The notes under the pieces are model-generated. The model did no database searches, had not been told where the DNA came from, and saw only the letters and a list, made by a program, of their open reading frames with translations. Below are positions 29,382 through 39,004 of a stretch of 64,000 nucleotides of DNA, piece after piece; the stretch's first letter is position 1, and each line of letters opens with the position of its first letter. Location of the stretch: NCBI GenBank assembly GCA_963677925.2, contig CAXXYH010000003.1, forward strand, positions 1,312,001-1,376,000. The letters are read 5' to 3'. The position numbers and the translations under genes were made by a program. The stretch is from Spirochaetia bacterium. Lineage in GTDB: Bacteria > Spirochaetota > Spirochaetia > UBA9216.

Positions 29382-30363
29382 AAACTCTGATGATTTTACA
29401 TGCAGAAAAACCTCGGCGGTAAACTTCAAGCCGCCGGAATGGAAGCTTGAAGGCCGGGGCATAATGTTCTCGGGTTCCTGTTTTGCTGAATACCTCTACA
29501 AGGAACTCCATACTGCCAATCTGAATGTGCAGATTACCCCTTTCGGAAATATTTACAACCCTGCAGCCATGGAAACAGCCTTCAGTATGGTTTTTAAACC
29601 AGGCGATATAAAGCCTTCCGATCTTCTGGAAAAGGACGGAATATATTACCACTACATGTTTCATTCCCTTGTGTATGGTGAGGATGCAGAAATCTTCAGC
29701 AGTATGCTCAACAGGGCGCTCGCTCAATGCAGGAACTTTCTGCAGAATGCCGAAGCTCTGATAATAACAGCCGGTACTGCAGCAGTATACAGGCATTTAA
29801 AAAGCGGTATGATTGTGAATAACTGCCACAGACAGACCTCCGGCACTTTTAACAGGGAAATGCTCAGTGTCGATCAGGCTTCACAAAACATGCTTGCGAT
29901 AATCAGCAGGCTGCGGAAACTGAATCCGGACATCCGCATCATATGGACTCTGAGCCCTGTAAGACATCTGCGTGATAATCCAGCTGAAAATTCACTAAGC
30001 AAGGCCGTCCTGCGCTGTGCAATAGATGAGGCAGTGAAAAGCGATCCGGAGGGCTCCTGGTATTTCCCCTCTTACGAAATTATGATGGACGAGCTTAGGG
30101 ACTACCGCTGGTATGCAGGGGATCTCTGCCATCCTTCAGATGAGGCTGTTGAGTACATTCTTTCAAGATTTATAAACTCTGCTTTTTCACCAAAATACCG
30201 GGAATTTATTACTTATTACACAAAACTGCTGAAATCGCTAAATCACCGGCCTTTAAATCCCGAATCGGAAGTCTACATCACACACCTGAAAGAGACAGAA
30301 CAAAAAATAGAAGAAATTAAACAGAAAAACCCGCTATACTTCAGTAATCACGAATCCTGCTGA
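29362..30363 (+). CDS. GSCFA-domain (SGNH-like) protein
   Basis: SGSCFA, PFGNIYNP, NNCH, TLSPVRH, NSLSKAVL, YFPSYEIMMDELRDYRWY..D..HP. Confidence 0.92.
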   Translation: MISLSFKNSDDFTCRKTSAVNFKPPEWKLEGRGIMFSGSCFAEYLYKELHTANLNVQITPFGNIYNPAAMETAFSMVFKPGDIKPSDLLEKDGIYYHYMFHSLVYGEDAEIFSSMLNRALAQCRNFLQNAEALIITAGTAAVYRHLKSGMIVNNCHRQTSGTFNREMLSVDQASQNMLAIISRLRKLNPDIRIIWTLSPVRHLRDNPAENSLSKAVLRCAIDEAVKSDPEGSWYFPSYEIMMDELRDYRWYAGDLCHPSDEAVEYILSRFINSAFSPKYREFITYYTKLLKSLNHRPLNPESEVYITHLKETEQKIEEIKQKNPLYFSNHESC

Positions 30364-31113
30364 GCTTAGAATATCAATTGAGCTGCCGAGTGCCTGCCTG
30401 ACCGCACGGCCAAAAAGTTCACCGAGTTTTGTATGCTTTCCGCAGTATTTTTCTCCGTCACTTCTGAAACTCTCAAAACTATCGGCTGCAGGAGCAGAGA
30501 AAACAAGAATTGAATCAGTACCTGTTCCGGTGGCATACATTTCAGAGACTGTACTTTTTATTCCGCGTTCATGAATGAGTGCCGTCTTGGCTTCACTGCA
30601 TATCATCAAAGCCTCACAGGCTGCCTGCGGAGCAAGCGGGATGCTGGTTCCGGCAATGATATTTATAGTTCCGGGTTCAATGTCAGGCTGCTTACAAGAA
30701 TGTTTTTCAGCAAGAAGCTCAGGCAGAAATGAAGCTCTGTCGCCTGCAGCCAGTGCGTTTGAAAACCCCGCTGTAAGGCAGCAGAAAACACTTACCCCCT
30801 GTTCCTCAATCAGCGCATCACAATAGCTGTTCATTGAGGCGGCAGTCATCATTCCGGAACATGGTTCCGGAAGACCGTAATGCGAAGCGCAGAGGCTTAT
30901 GCTTTCAGCCGGCTCAACAAAGTCTGTTTCAAGTCCGAGAAAGTTCTGTCTTACCTTCATATTAAGTACCGAGGAGGCAAAGCTCATCCCACCGCCCAGA
31001 ACGGCGGTTGAGAGGACCGGAACACTTCTGCTGAAAACAGCACGGCAGGAGTCGTCATCAACATTTACTGTGAAAGTAAAAGAACCGAAGTTATACTCTG
31101 AGTTTTTATTCAT
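30334..31113 (-). CDS. cbiZ: Adenosylcobinamide amidohydrolase
   Basis: LSTAVLGGG, GMMTAASM, TAGFSNA, GTINI, EAKT, ATGTGTDS, GKHTKLGEL. Likely start ATG 31113, overlapping btuD. Confidence 0.9.
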   Translation of the reverse strand: MNKNSEYNFGSFTFTVNVDDDSCRAVFSRSVPVLSTAVLGGGMSFASSVLNMKVRQNFLGLETDFVEPAESISLCASHYGLPEPCSGMMTAASMNSYCDALIEEQGVSVFCCLTAGFSNALAAGDRASFLPELLAEKHSCKQPDIEPGTINIIAGTSIPLAPQAACEALMICSEAKTALIHERGIKSTVSEMYATGTGTDSILVFSAPAADSFESFRSDGEKYCGKHTKLGELFGRAVRQALGSSIDILSSAGFVITEV

Positions 31114-31897
31114 TGTCCGAATCCCCGGCAGAGGCCGGACCGATAATGCGGTCACCGTTTTCGGGGCAGAAGTATTCACTTACCCTGGTATCATAAACCT
31201 CTTGAACAAGGGCAGGAGTGATAAATTCAGAGGGCTTGCCGCTGACAACAGTCTTTCCCTGCTTAAGCATGATCCCGAAATCAGCATAGTGCATTGCCTG
31301 ATTAAGATCATGCAGAACTGCTACTACTGTCTTTCCCGAATCGGCTATTGTCCGAAGATAGCCGAGCATTTTCAACTGATGCTTTAAGTCAAGATGGTTG
31401 CCCGGTTCATCAAGCAGAAGAATATCAGTCTGCTGAGCCAGAACCCGGCCGAGCAGCACACGCTGATACTCACCGCCGCTCAGATGCCGTACAGATCTTC
31501 CTGCAAGCATACTCATATCAAGCTGTTCCAGAACCCTGTCCACAACCCTGTTATCCTCATCAGAGGGAGGGCTGAAAAGTCTCTGGTAGGGATAGCGTCC
31601 CATCATAACCATTTCACGGACTGTATAATCAAAGTCGCCTGCACTCGTCTGGGGAATCATTCCGATGAGCCTTGCCCTCTCGGCAGGAGTTATCGCAGAG
31701 ATATTGCGGAGGTCCGCTTTTATGCTTCCAGAGGAAGGTTTTATCAGACCGTTTAGCAGTGAGAAGAGGGTTGATTTCCCGGAACCGTTGGGCCCCAGTA
31801 TTACCATGAAACATCCCTCACCTGCCGTAAAATTAACCGGCCCCAGGGAGAAACCTTCATCATAGCTGTAAACCGCATCGGCTGCATTCAGAATCAC
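31106..31897 (-). CDS. btuD: Cobalamin/iron-chelate ABC transporter ATPase
   Basis: GPNGSGKS, LSGGEYQRV, LLDEP.NHLD, VLHDLN; operon context. Confidence 0.85.
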   Translation of the reverse strand: MILNAADAVYSYDEGFSLGPVNFTAGEGCFMVILGPNGSGKSTLFSLLNGLIKPSSGSIKADLRNISAITPAERARLIGMIPQTSAGDFDYTVREMVMMGRYPYQRLFSPPSDEDNRVVDRVLEQLDMSMLAGRSVRHLSGGEYQRVLLGRVLAQQTDILLLDEPGNHLDLKHQLKMLGYLRTIADSGKTVVAVLHDLNQAMHYADFGIMLKQGKTVVSGKPSEFITPALVQEVYDTRVSEYFCPENGDRIIGPASAGDSDNE

Positions 31898-32913
31898 AGG
31901 GCAGCCGCCTTTCTGCTTTTACGCAGCATGTAAAGGAAGAAGGGGCCTCCCAGAATTGCAGTAATAACTCCGACGGGAATCTCCTGAGGAATCAGAAGCA
32001 TTCTTGCCGCAAGATCTGATAAAATCAGGAGGCAGGCCCCACCCGCAGCGGAAGCCGGAAGCAGGCGGCTGTGTTCAGGTCCGGTTATCATCCGCATAAG
32101 ATGAGGAACAATAAGACCGATAAAACCGATTATTCCCGAAACTGAAACTATTGCCGCAATAATTACGCAGCTTATAATCAGAAAGAATGCTCCTGTACGC
32201 TGAGGATCGACCCCCAGGGAGTGGGCTTCGGTACTTCCGAGTGACATTATATTGAGCTTTCTTGAGTTAAGCATCAGAAATCCGCCGCAGACAATAACAA
32301 CCGAACCGCAGAGTATCACCTTCTGCCAGCCGGCTGAAGTAAAGCTGCCCATCATCCACATCACGATACTGTCAATTTCACTTCGGTTGAGCATCATCAT
32401 AAATGATATTCCTGCCTGAAATATATAGCCTATGGCTATGCCGCCGAGAAGCATTTTTCCGAAATCCCCCCGGCGGTTGCCGGCCAGGGCAAAAACAAGA
32501 AATACCGTAAGCACCGAACCGATAAAGGCGGAAACAGATATTATACCTATTCCGGCGGTCAGGATTCCTGCTCCGGATATTATTGCAACAGTTGCACCGA
32601 GCGAGGCTCCGGAAGAGATTCCCAGAAGATAGGGTTCGGCAAGCGGATTACGGAATACCGCCTGAAAGACAACACCCGAGGCGGCAAGTCCAGCACCGGC
32701 AAAAGCAGCAAGCAGTACACGGGGAAGCCTGACTGAAAAAAGGATTAGAAGTGCCGAACGCGGTATAGCAAATGAAGTAATTCCGGCCTTATTCAGAATA
32801 GCTTTAAGCGCAGTTAAAAATCCCACATCCGCTGCGCCCCATGAAGCCGAAAAAGGGATGAGGAAGATAAGCATAAGAAAAGGCAGTATAACAGCAGCGG
32901 TTCTTTTAGACAT
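31894..32913 (-). CDS. btuC: Cobalamin ABC transporter permease (FecCD/BtuC)
   Basis: RLPRVL, FRNPLAEPYLLGISSGA, GIIGFIGLIVPH, EIPVGVITAILGGPFF. Confidence 0.88.
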   Translation of the reverse strand: MSKRTAAVILPFLMLIFLIPFSASWGAADVGFLTALKAILNKAGITSFAIPRSALLILFSVRLPRVLLAAFAGAGLAASGVVFQAVFRNPLAEPYLLGISSGASLGATVAIISGAGILTAGIGIISVSAFIGSVLTVFLVFALAGNRRGDFGKMLLGGIAIGYIFQAGISFMMMLNRSEIDSIVMWMMGSFTSAGWQKVILCGSVVIVCGGFLMLNSRKLNIMSLGSTEAHSLGVDPQRTGAFFLIISCVIIAAIVSVSGIIGFIGLIVPHLMRMITGPEHSRLLPASAAGGACLLILSDLAARMLLIPQEIPVGVITAILGGPFFLYMLRKSRKAAAL

Positions 32914-32940
32914 CAGAAGATCTCCGGATTTGCATAGAGC

Positions 32941-33837
32941 TTACTGAACAGAGGTAAACAGATTGTTGAGAGACTCAAGTCCGTCAATAAGCCTCGGCCC
33001 CTGCCGTGTGATAATGTCTTCATCAAGTTCAAAAACTCTTCCATCCTTTACCGCGGTCAGCTGCGAATATACCCCGAAGCTGCAGAAAGATTCCTTCATT
33101 CCAAGCGGAACAATGATTATTTCAGGATCCCGCTCAAGAAGAACTTCAAGCGAGAATGACCAGCCTGAAACATCTGCAGCAATATTATCTCCGCCTGCTG
33201 ATTCAATCATCTTCCCTATGAAGGTGTCGCCGCCGGCTGTCCAGTCCCCGCCTTCGCCGAAACCGACAACGTAATAAACATCAGGGTGTGAATCCATCCC
33301 CCTGACATCTGAAACAAGGGCCTCATAACGGCTCTTCAATACCAGGTTAAGCTTTTCAGCTGAGTCAGCAGCTCCTAGATCTGAACCTATTCTCCCGATT
33401 ATATCATAAAGCCCTTCAAATTCTTCAGGTGCGTAGTAAAATCTTACATCAATACCTGCCTGCTGCAGAAGCTCTCCTGCCGCCTTCGATCCGTGAGTCG
33501 AGGCAATAACAAGATCGGGTTCAAGAGCAATAATCATCTCAGTATTCGGTTCCTGAATTGAACCGATTGACTGAATGCTCAATGCATCAGGCGGGTAGTC
33601 ACAATAATCTGTCCTGCCCACCAGGAGATCGCCCTTACCCAGAGCAAATATAGTTTCAGTTATATTCGGGCCAAGAGAAACTACCCTGAGAGTCCCGGAA
33701 GAATCAGCTGCAGGACCTGCCTCAGTTTCAGACCGGCTGTCTATTGAGGAAGCTTCTTCTTTGACTCCGCCGGCGAAAGCCGTAAAAGGCAGAATACTGA
33801 GAAGGATGAAAATAACAATGGTTTTATTTTTAAGCAT
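32941..33837 (-). CDS. btuF: Cobalamin ABC transporter substrate-binding protein
   Basis: RVVSLGPNITETIFALG, VGRTDYCDYP, AGGDN, PEIII, RQGPRL; spirochete-style 'FAGG.KE' signal end. Confidence 0.87.
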   Translation of the reverse strand: MLKNKTIVIFILLSILPFTAFAGGVKEEASSIDSRSETEAGPAADSSGTLRVVSLGPNITETIFALGKGDLLVGRTDYCDYPPDALSIQSIGSIQEPNTEMIIALEPDLVIASTHGSKAAGELLQQAGIDVRFYYAPEEFEGLYDIIGRIGSDLGAADSAEKLNLVLKSRYEALVSDVRGMDSHPDVYYVVGFGEGGDWTAGGDTFIGKMIESAGGDNIAADVSGWSFSLEVLLERDPEIIIVPLGMKESFCSFGVYSQLTAVKDGRVFELDEDIITRQGPRLIDGLESLNNLFTSVQ

Positions 33838-33851
33838 CAGGATATTCTCCG

Positions 33852-35339
33852 TTATTCTTTGTTATATATTAATAAAGCACCGGGTCCGTCCCCGGAAGTC
33901 CACGAACCTGCAGAGACACCCTCCGGTGTTACAGCCACTATTCTGTCTTCACTGAAGAAACTGATATAAAGAAGATCATCATCTTCATCATAACTCAGAC
34001 CTGAATAATAGTCATATGCGGTATTCTCAGCCTCAATTATCATGTTATCGGATGAATGCAGTACTGAATAGCCGGAAAAACTGTTTCCGTATTTAAAGGA
34101 CTGGATCCCCCCTACCCCTGCAAGATAAACAGTTTGACCTGATTCATCTACAGATTCGCGAAACAACACCGGCGATCCGCCGATATCCAGATGCCCTTCA
34201 TAGGAGGGGGCTGCCGGACTGCTTAAATCAAGCACAAGAATTATACCGTCATCAGGATTGGTTCCGGGTTTTTCAGCCCCGACATCATACCGCACAGTTG
34301 TTGAACCGGGCAGATACGGCAGGTATTCAGAGTCAGTGAATGCCGATGCTGATCCGCCGTTGGTTCCGGTGCAGACAATTGTCAGCAGGCCGTTGTGAAT
34401 GAATGAAGACTGAGGGTTCAGTCCGTTACCCGGGAAATATTCCCCATTCACATCTGAGGCCCCGTAGTAGATATCCTCGAGGTTTAATTCAGCAACAAGA
34501 TGGAGATTTATTGATGATTCAGCTGCGCCGTCAGTAAGAGCCGGGACATTGAAGCTGAAAATACTAAGAGTCGCTTCGCGGAACTCTCCCGGCGCCTGAA
34601 CATTGCTTCCGCTGTACTCTGCAAGGGTATCACCTTCGGTCAGCAGGATTCCCGCATCGTAGCGGACATTGGTAACATAGAGCCAGCCGGTACCACCGTC
34701 AATATAAACCGAGCCCGATGTAGAGCCCCGCTTTTTATTATCGCCTGCTGCATTTTTTACAGTCGGCTCTGTCTGAGTTTCGGAATGTTCAAATGAAGAA
34801 TCATCAAGCTCTTCAAAACAGGCGGTAAAGCTGTAGGCCGTCTCAGTATCATTGAGGTTAACCAGCTGTACTTCATCCGTCTTGTATCCGGAAACAAAGA
34901 CCCATGAGGTTCCGTCAACGGGTATAAAATACATCGGATTGTAGCCGTTTTTAAAATAGTGCCTGTAATCGGGCAGGTAGTCGAGAATCTGAGCGTCTGC
35001 GGATTCCCCGGCATCATATGCTTCAATAGCATTCTGCCCCGACAGAACCACATAGAGTCTGCCGTCATACTGATAGAGGTCATTGGGAACGGCACTGCTG
35101 CTGTTGTAGTATCCTACAGTCTGCAGTGAGTTATATATAGTACCCTCATCAAGATCGAGTCCGCTAAGACTTTCAGCCGAGCCGTTTAGAATATACAGAC
35201 ATCTTTGAACATCGGCTGCAAAAAAAGCCTGATAATCAGTATCGTAAACAGGAGTGCAGGATAAGGTAATTAACAAAATCAAAGCAGATATACTCATTCC
35301 TCCGCGGAGAAGTCCTGCAGCGGGTTTATTTATTTTCAT
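33852..35339 (-). CDS. Lipoprotein, probable beta-propeller (YncE/BtuG-like)
   Basis: Lipobox TLSC; propeller-like repeats PNDL...GRLYVV, G.NP, LYVTN, G.NPQ, GGSP, LYISF, GDGP. Confidence 0.7.
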   Translation of the reverse strand: MKINKPAAGLLRGGMSISALILLITLSCTPVYDTDYQAFFAADVQRCLYILNGSAESLSGLDLDEGTIYNSLQTVGYYNSSSAVPNDLYQYDGRLYVVLSGQNAIEAYDAGESADAQILDYLPDYRHYFKNGYNPMYFIPVDGTSWVFVSGYKTDEVQLVNLNDTETAYSFTACFEELDDSSFEHSETQTEPTVKNAAGDNKKRGSTSGSVYIDGGTGWLYVTNVRYDAGILLTEGDTLAEYSGSNVQAPGEFREATLSIFSFNVPALTDGAAESSINLHLVAELNLEDIYYGASDVNGEYFPGNGLNPQSSFIHNGLLTIVCTGTNGGSASAFTDSEYLPYLPGSTTVRYDVGAEKPGTNPDDGIILVLDLSSPAAPSYEGHLDIGGSPVLFRESVDESGQTVYLAGVGGIQSFKYGNSFSGYSVLHSSDNMIIEAENTAYDYYSGLSYDEDDDLLYISFFSEDRIVAVTPEGVSAGSWTSGDGPGALLIYNKE

Positions 35340-37356
35340 AGTAGTATTTACCCTTTATGGTCCATTCAAATCCCGGCACGGGATAGCCGAGCCGGTCGAT
35401 ATATTCGACATTTGTAATGTTATCCGCAATTGCCGAAAGCCTGAGACTCTCTCCGATATTCACATTCAGTGCTGCCGACATGATAAAGACTGCATCGAGA
35501 GCCTTTGTGTTTGAATTATTTGTATACCTGTAGCTGATAAAAGAGCCGCCGATCTCGAGGGTATCATCGTATTCATCCGTCAGGCGCAGTGAAATATCGG
35601 CGGTGTGCCCGGGACGGTAGGCAAGCTGTTTACCGAAATTTACCGAGGTATCATCTGCATCTACACAGTTCAGCCAGCTGTAGGCCGCAGTCAGATCAAG
35701 AAGGACCGGAATGATAACTGGTTCGTACAGCCATGATGCAGAGGTTTCTATTCCGTAATTTTCTGCAAGGCCGATATTACGGGGACGCCAGATACCGCCC
35801 GCCGAAGGCATCCACTGTATAAGGTTTTCAAGGTTCGAATGAAAGAATACCGCTTCAAAACTTAATCCGGATTCATCCAGATCAAGATACATCCCCGCAT
35901 CCCAGCTGAAGCTTGTTTCAGGTTCCAGATCGGGATTGCCTGAGGCGAATGAGCCGGAGGGCCAGAAAAGATCACGGAAAGACGGACTGTTGTATCCGGT
36001 ACCGGCATTCAGTTTAAAATAAAGCGGACCTTCAGCGGTTTCAGTCCTGAATGGCGAATATCCGGCTGCCGCCGACCATGAGAAGGCATTATTGAAGATA
36101 TCGCCGTATCCTGCATAAATACTGTAATCAAAATCATATCGAACCGCCGGAATCAGATCAAAACTGCCGTATTCAGCAGTAAGATTCAGCCAGCTACTTC
36201 CCGAATGCTGTGAAGCATTACCGGCAACTGCTGAGAGGGTGCTGTCTGAGAGCGCGTTCGAATAGAGGTAATCGAATGAATATTTCAGGCCTGCATTATA
36301 ATCCAGAAGAAGTGATCCTGCCTCCTGAAAAGTCTGCCAGGAGATTTCCGATGCTATTGATGTATTGTCGTTGATGTTATTTACATCATCTTCAGGGTTG
36401 ATATAGTTGCTGTACAGATTATTAAGTGATGCAGAGAAGAAAAATGCGCCGGAAGATTCGGTTTCCAGGGTTCCATTAACTGAGACACCGGCAGTGCGAT
36501 CTGTGATCTCAGCTTCAGGAGTGAGGAACTCGGAGATTCCCGGAACTCCCCGGTTCGTGCAGTCAAATACAGTATCAGCAGAAACTGAAATCATAGCCTC
36601 TTCAGGTTCTACCCAGTTAAGAACTCCGGTTCCTCCGGCGCTCCAGCCGCTGTTATTCTCACGCACCAGACTGCCTTCCTGCGAACTGTATTCATAGTTT
36701 CCGCGGGTATACAATCCTCCGCCGGATATGGATGCGTCAAAACCGCTTTCTCCGAACAAGGGGCCGGAGACTAGAGCATTAAGCAGATGAGTATTCCAGG
36801 AACCGTAACCGTAAGAAGCCTCAGCTGTTAAATGTTTTTTTTCAGGTTCCCTGGTGATGATGTTGATTACTCCGCTGAATGCACCGTCGCCGTACATAGC
36901 TGCTCCGGCTCCTCGTATCACTTCAATGCGTTCGACATTTTCAAGCCGTATTCCGCCGAGGTCGGAAGTCCCGCTCCAGACCGATGCCGAGGGTTTACCG
37001 TCAATAAGGATAAGGACCTGTGCGTCGGTGCTGCCCCTGATGCTTATCTTAACCGGTTCAAGAACCCCGCCCTGTTTGGCAATTACAACACCGGGCACCT
37101 GCTCAACAGCCTCGGCAACAGTCCGGGCTCCGCTTGTTTCAATGTCTTCACGGTCAATTACAGAAACCTGTCCCGGAGTAATAAGTTCTTCCTCGTCGAC
37201 AGCGCTGTCTTCGATTAGCACCTCACCCTCATAGGTGTAGGTATCATCAGCGGTTATTTCGTATTCAACGGCCTGTTCATCCTGAGCACTGAGAGTAGTG
37301 ATCGCTGAGCTGAAAAAGATGAGAATTAAAATAAAATCAGGGAGCTTCTTCAACAT
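35326..37356 (-). CDS. btuB: TonB-dependent receptor, probable cobalamin transporter
   Basis: Plug VSVIDREDIE.SGA.TVAEAVEQVPGV, ISIRGS, VLILIDG, IEVIRGAGAAMYG..A.SGVINIIT; GNPDLEPETS; under a B12 riboswitch. Confidence 0.88.
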   Translation of the reverse strand: MLKKLPDFILILIFFSSAITTLSAQDEQAVEYEITADDTYTYEGEVLIEDSAVDEEELITPGQVSVIDREDIETSGARTVAEAVEQVPGVVIAKQGGVLEPVKISIRGSTDAQVLILIDGKPSASVWSGTSDLGGIRLENVERIEVIRGAGAAMYGDGAFSGVINIITREPEKKHLTAEASYGYGSWNTHLLNALVSGPLFGESGFDASISGGGLYTRGNYEYSSQEGSLVRENNSGWSAGGTGVLNWVEPEEAMISVSADTVFDCTNRGVPGISEFLTPEAEITDRTAGVSVNGTLETESSGAFFFSASLNNLYSNYINPEDDVNNINDNTSIASEISWQTFQEAGSLLLDYNAGLKYSFDYLYSNALSDSTLSAVAGNASQHSGSSWLNLTAEYGSFDLIPAVRYDFDYSIYAGYGDIFNNAFSWSAAAGYSPFRTETAEGPLYFKLNAGTGYNSPSFRDLFWPSGSFASGNPDLEPETSFSWDAGMYLDLDESGLSFEAVFFHSNLENLIQWMPSAGGIWRPRNIGLAENYGIETSASWLYEPVIIPVLLDLTAAYSWLNCVDADDTSVNFGKQLAYRPGHTADISLRLTDEYDDTLEIGGSFISYRYTNNSNTKALDAVFIMSAALNVNIGESLRLSAIADNITNVEYIDRLGYPVPGFEWTIKGKYYYENK

Positions 37357-38365
37357 TAATACCCATCGCCCCCATTATCCTGGCGCCCATCATCCAGACT
37401 GGCCTACAGTCCTGACCGTCTAGGGCCTCGGGAGCATCTTCAAAACGAATGTACCGCATTTTACCATTGGACGACCAGGAAGATTCACCATCAGGCCATG
37501 ATGAGTTTGACTCATTGACAGTATAAAAATCAGCCAAATCAAAATAATCACCGCCTATATATGGATAAGACTCATACCCGGGATCATCCGGATTCGGACT
37601 GAAGTAACGTGATACATATACCTGATTCCCTTCAGAATCAGTTACCTCCTGATAGCGCTCATTGGAATCAAGCTCTTCAGCCGCTACTTCATTCCTGAAA
37701 TTTGCCCATGTATGATTGTTTCCATGCAGACCTGAAACCTTAGACCAGTCGTAGTTATCATTTATTGTTCCGGGAGAAGTATTAACAACATATGTTTCTG
37801 CAGAGCTTTTATACCAGATCGTATCATCGGGATTATCAGGATCGTAAGTTTCAGCAACCCATACATATGCAAGCTCATTCCATGAACCGTCGGCGACACC
37901 GCTTAGAAGGTTGTGATTTGAGAATGTCACAAAATCATCTCCCTCGCCGTCAACAATAACCCAGTCGGCATCAAACTGCCAAATTCCCCAGCCGCCTTCA
38001 CCAAGAACTGTCATATCAGCTTTTGAACTCCAAACGGCTACAGAACCCTCAGGAGGGCCGCAGGCTCCTTCCGCAGTACTGTCAAGCGGATACCTTTCTG
38101 AATTATAATAATCAGGAGAATCGGAAGCTCTCACCTCACCGACCTGTCCGAACTCCCAGGCAAGCACAGCGGTCAGATAAACATTGTCCGGGTAACCGGA
38201 ATCGGCACTTAAAACATCCTGCCAGTCCCCTACGGCAGCATCATCCTCAATATCAGGACTGTAGGCACTATCCGGCAAGTCCCCGCAGCCTGAAAAAAGC
38301 AGGACAGAGAAAACCGGAACAATAAAAAGAATAGAATATAAAAATCGATTTGTTGTTACCGGCAT
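37337..38365 (-). CDS. Acidic lipoprotein with BtuH-like domain
   Basis: Lipobox FSGC; LG.GG....FD....V.DG.GDDF..F.N...ELAYVWV......PDD..WY...GGDYFDL...RYIRF resembles the B12-binding domain of Bacteroides BtuH (motif recalled, not searched). Confidence 0.6.
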   Translation of the reverse strand: MPVTTNRFLYSILFIVPVFSVLLFSGCGDLPDSAYSPDIEDDAAVGDWQDVLSADSGYPDNVYLTAVLAWEFGQVGEVRASDSPDYYNSERYPLDSTAEGACGPPEGSVAVWSSKADMTVLGEGGWGIWQFDADWVIVDGEGDDFVTFSNHNLLSGVADGSWNELAYVWVAETYDPDNPDDTIWYKSSAETYVVNTSPGTINDNYDWSKVSGLHGNNHTWANFRNEVAAEELDSNERYQEVTDSEGNQVYVSRYFSPNPDDPGYESYPYIGGDYFDLADFYTVNESNSSWPDGESSWSSNGKMRYIRFEDAPEALDGQDCRPVWMMGARIMGAMGINVEEAP

Positions 38366-38377
38366 AAACAGTTCCTG

Positions 38378-38893
38378 TTATTCTGAGAGAGTCAGGGTAG
38401 AGAAATAACTGAAGTAGCCGTTAGCTTCAGTAATAGTAGCAAGAGCTTCATCAGGATCTGTTATTTTATCAGCACCGTAGAGGTAGCCTTCGGAATACTC
38501 AACAGTTGTAACTCCGTCTACTGTCTGCAGGTTATACCATCTGATAACCGAATAAGTGTCCACGTATGCAGAATCTACATGCGCGGTATATTTAATCAGA
38601 AGGTAGCCGTAATTATCTGCATCATCCGGATTCTCGGATTCATCGTTGTATGTGATATTGCTGTACTTAACGATATCACCGCTGTAATCCCAGTCCCAGG
38701 CACTCGAATCATCTTCGGCAAAGGTAGAATCTGAACTGAATGTCCAGGTGGTTCCATAACCTGCATCCCATTCTCCTATCAGGGAAGGTTCGGTTAAAAA
38801 GCTCAGGGCATCGCTGCACCCGGTTGATGAAAGAATGATCACGGAAAGGGCAAGCAGCATTGCCAGTGTCTTAAATAGTTTTTTCTGTTTCAT
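38378..38893 (-). CDS. Small Tyr/Trp/Asp-rich lipoprotein, first gene of the B12 operon
   Basis: Lipobox STGC; SLIGEW...WTF...YSGDI...YGYLLIKY...YSVIRW; lipocalin-like strand pattern. Confidence 0.75.
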   Translation of the reverse strand: MKQKKLFKTLAMLLALSVIILSSTGCSDALSFLTEPSLIGEWDAGYGTTWTFSSDSTFAEDDSSAWDWDYSGDIVKYSNITYNDESENPDDADNYGYLLIKYTAHVDSAYVDTYSVIRWYNLQTVDGVTTVEYSEGYLYGADKITDPDEALATITEANGYFSYFSTLTLSE

Positions 38894-38897
38894 TTGT

Positions 38898-38925
38898 TTC
38901 TCCTTTTCAAAGGAAAAGCGGAGAA
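38898..38925 (-). promoter_or_regulatory. SD-sequestering hairpin (riboswitch expression platform)
   Basis: mRNA UUCUCC-GC-UUUUC-CUUU-GAAAA-GGAGAA pairs over the GGAG SD just upstream of the ATG at 38893. Confidence 0.7.
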
Positions 38926-39004
38926 TACCTTACTAGTTATACGAAAAATAGTATCAGGTATATCCGGCTCAGTCCTCGAAGCCAAATAATAAAGTTGGGT
39001 GTTA

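Noticed and set aside
31106-37356. Iron-siderophore or heme uptake interpretation of the TonB/ABC genes
   Set aside because: The cobalamin riboswitch and cbiZ in the same operon point to corrinoids; I saw no Fur-box-like site.
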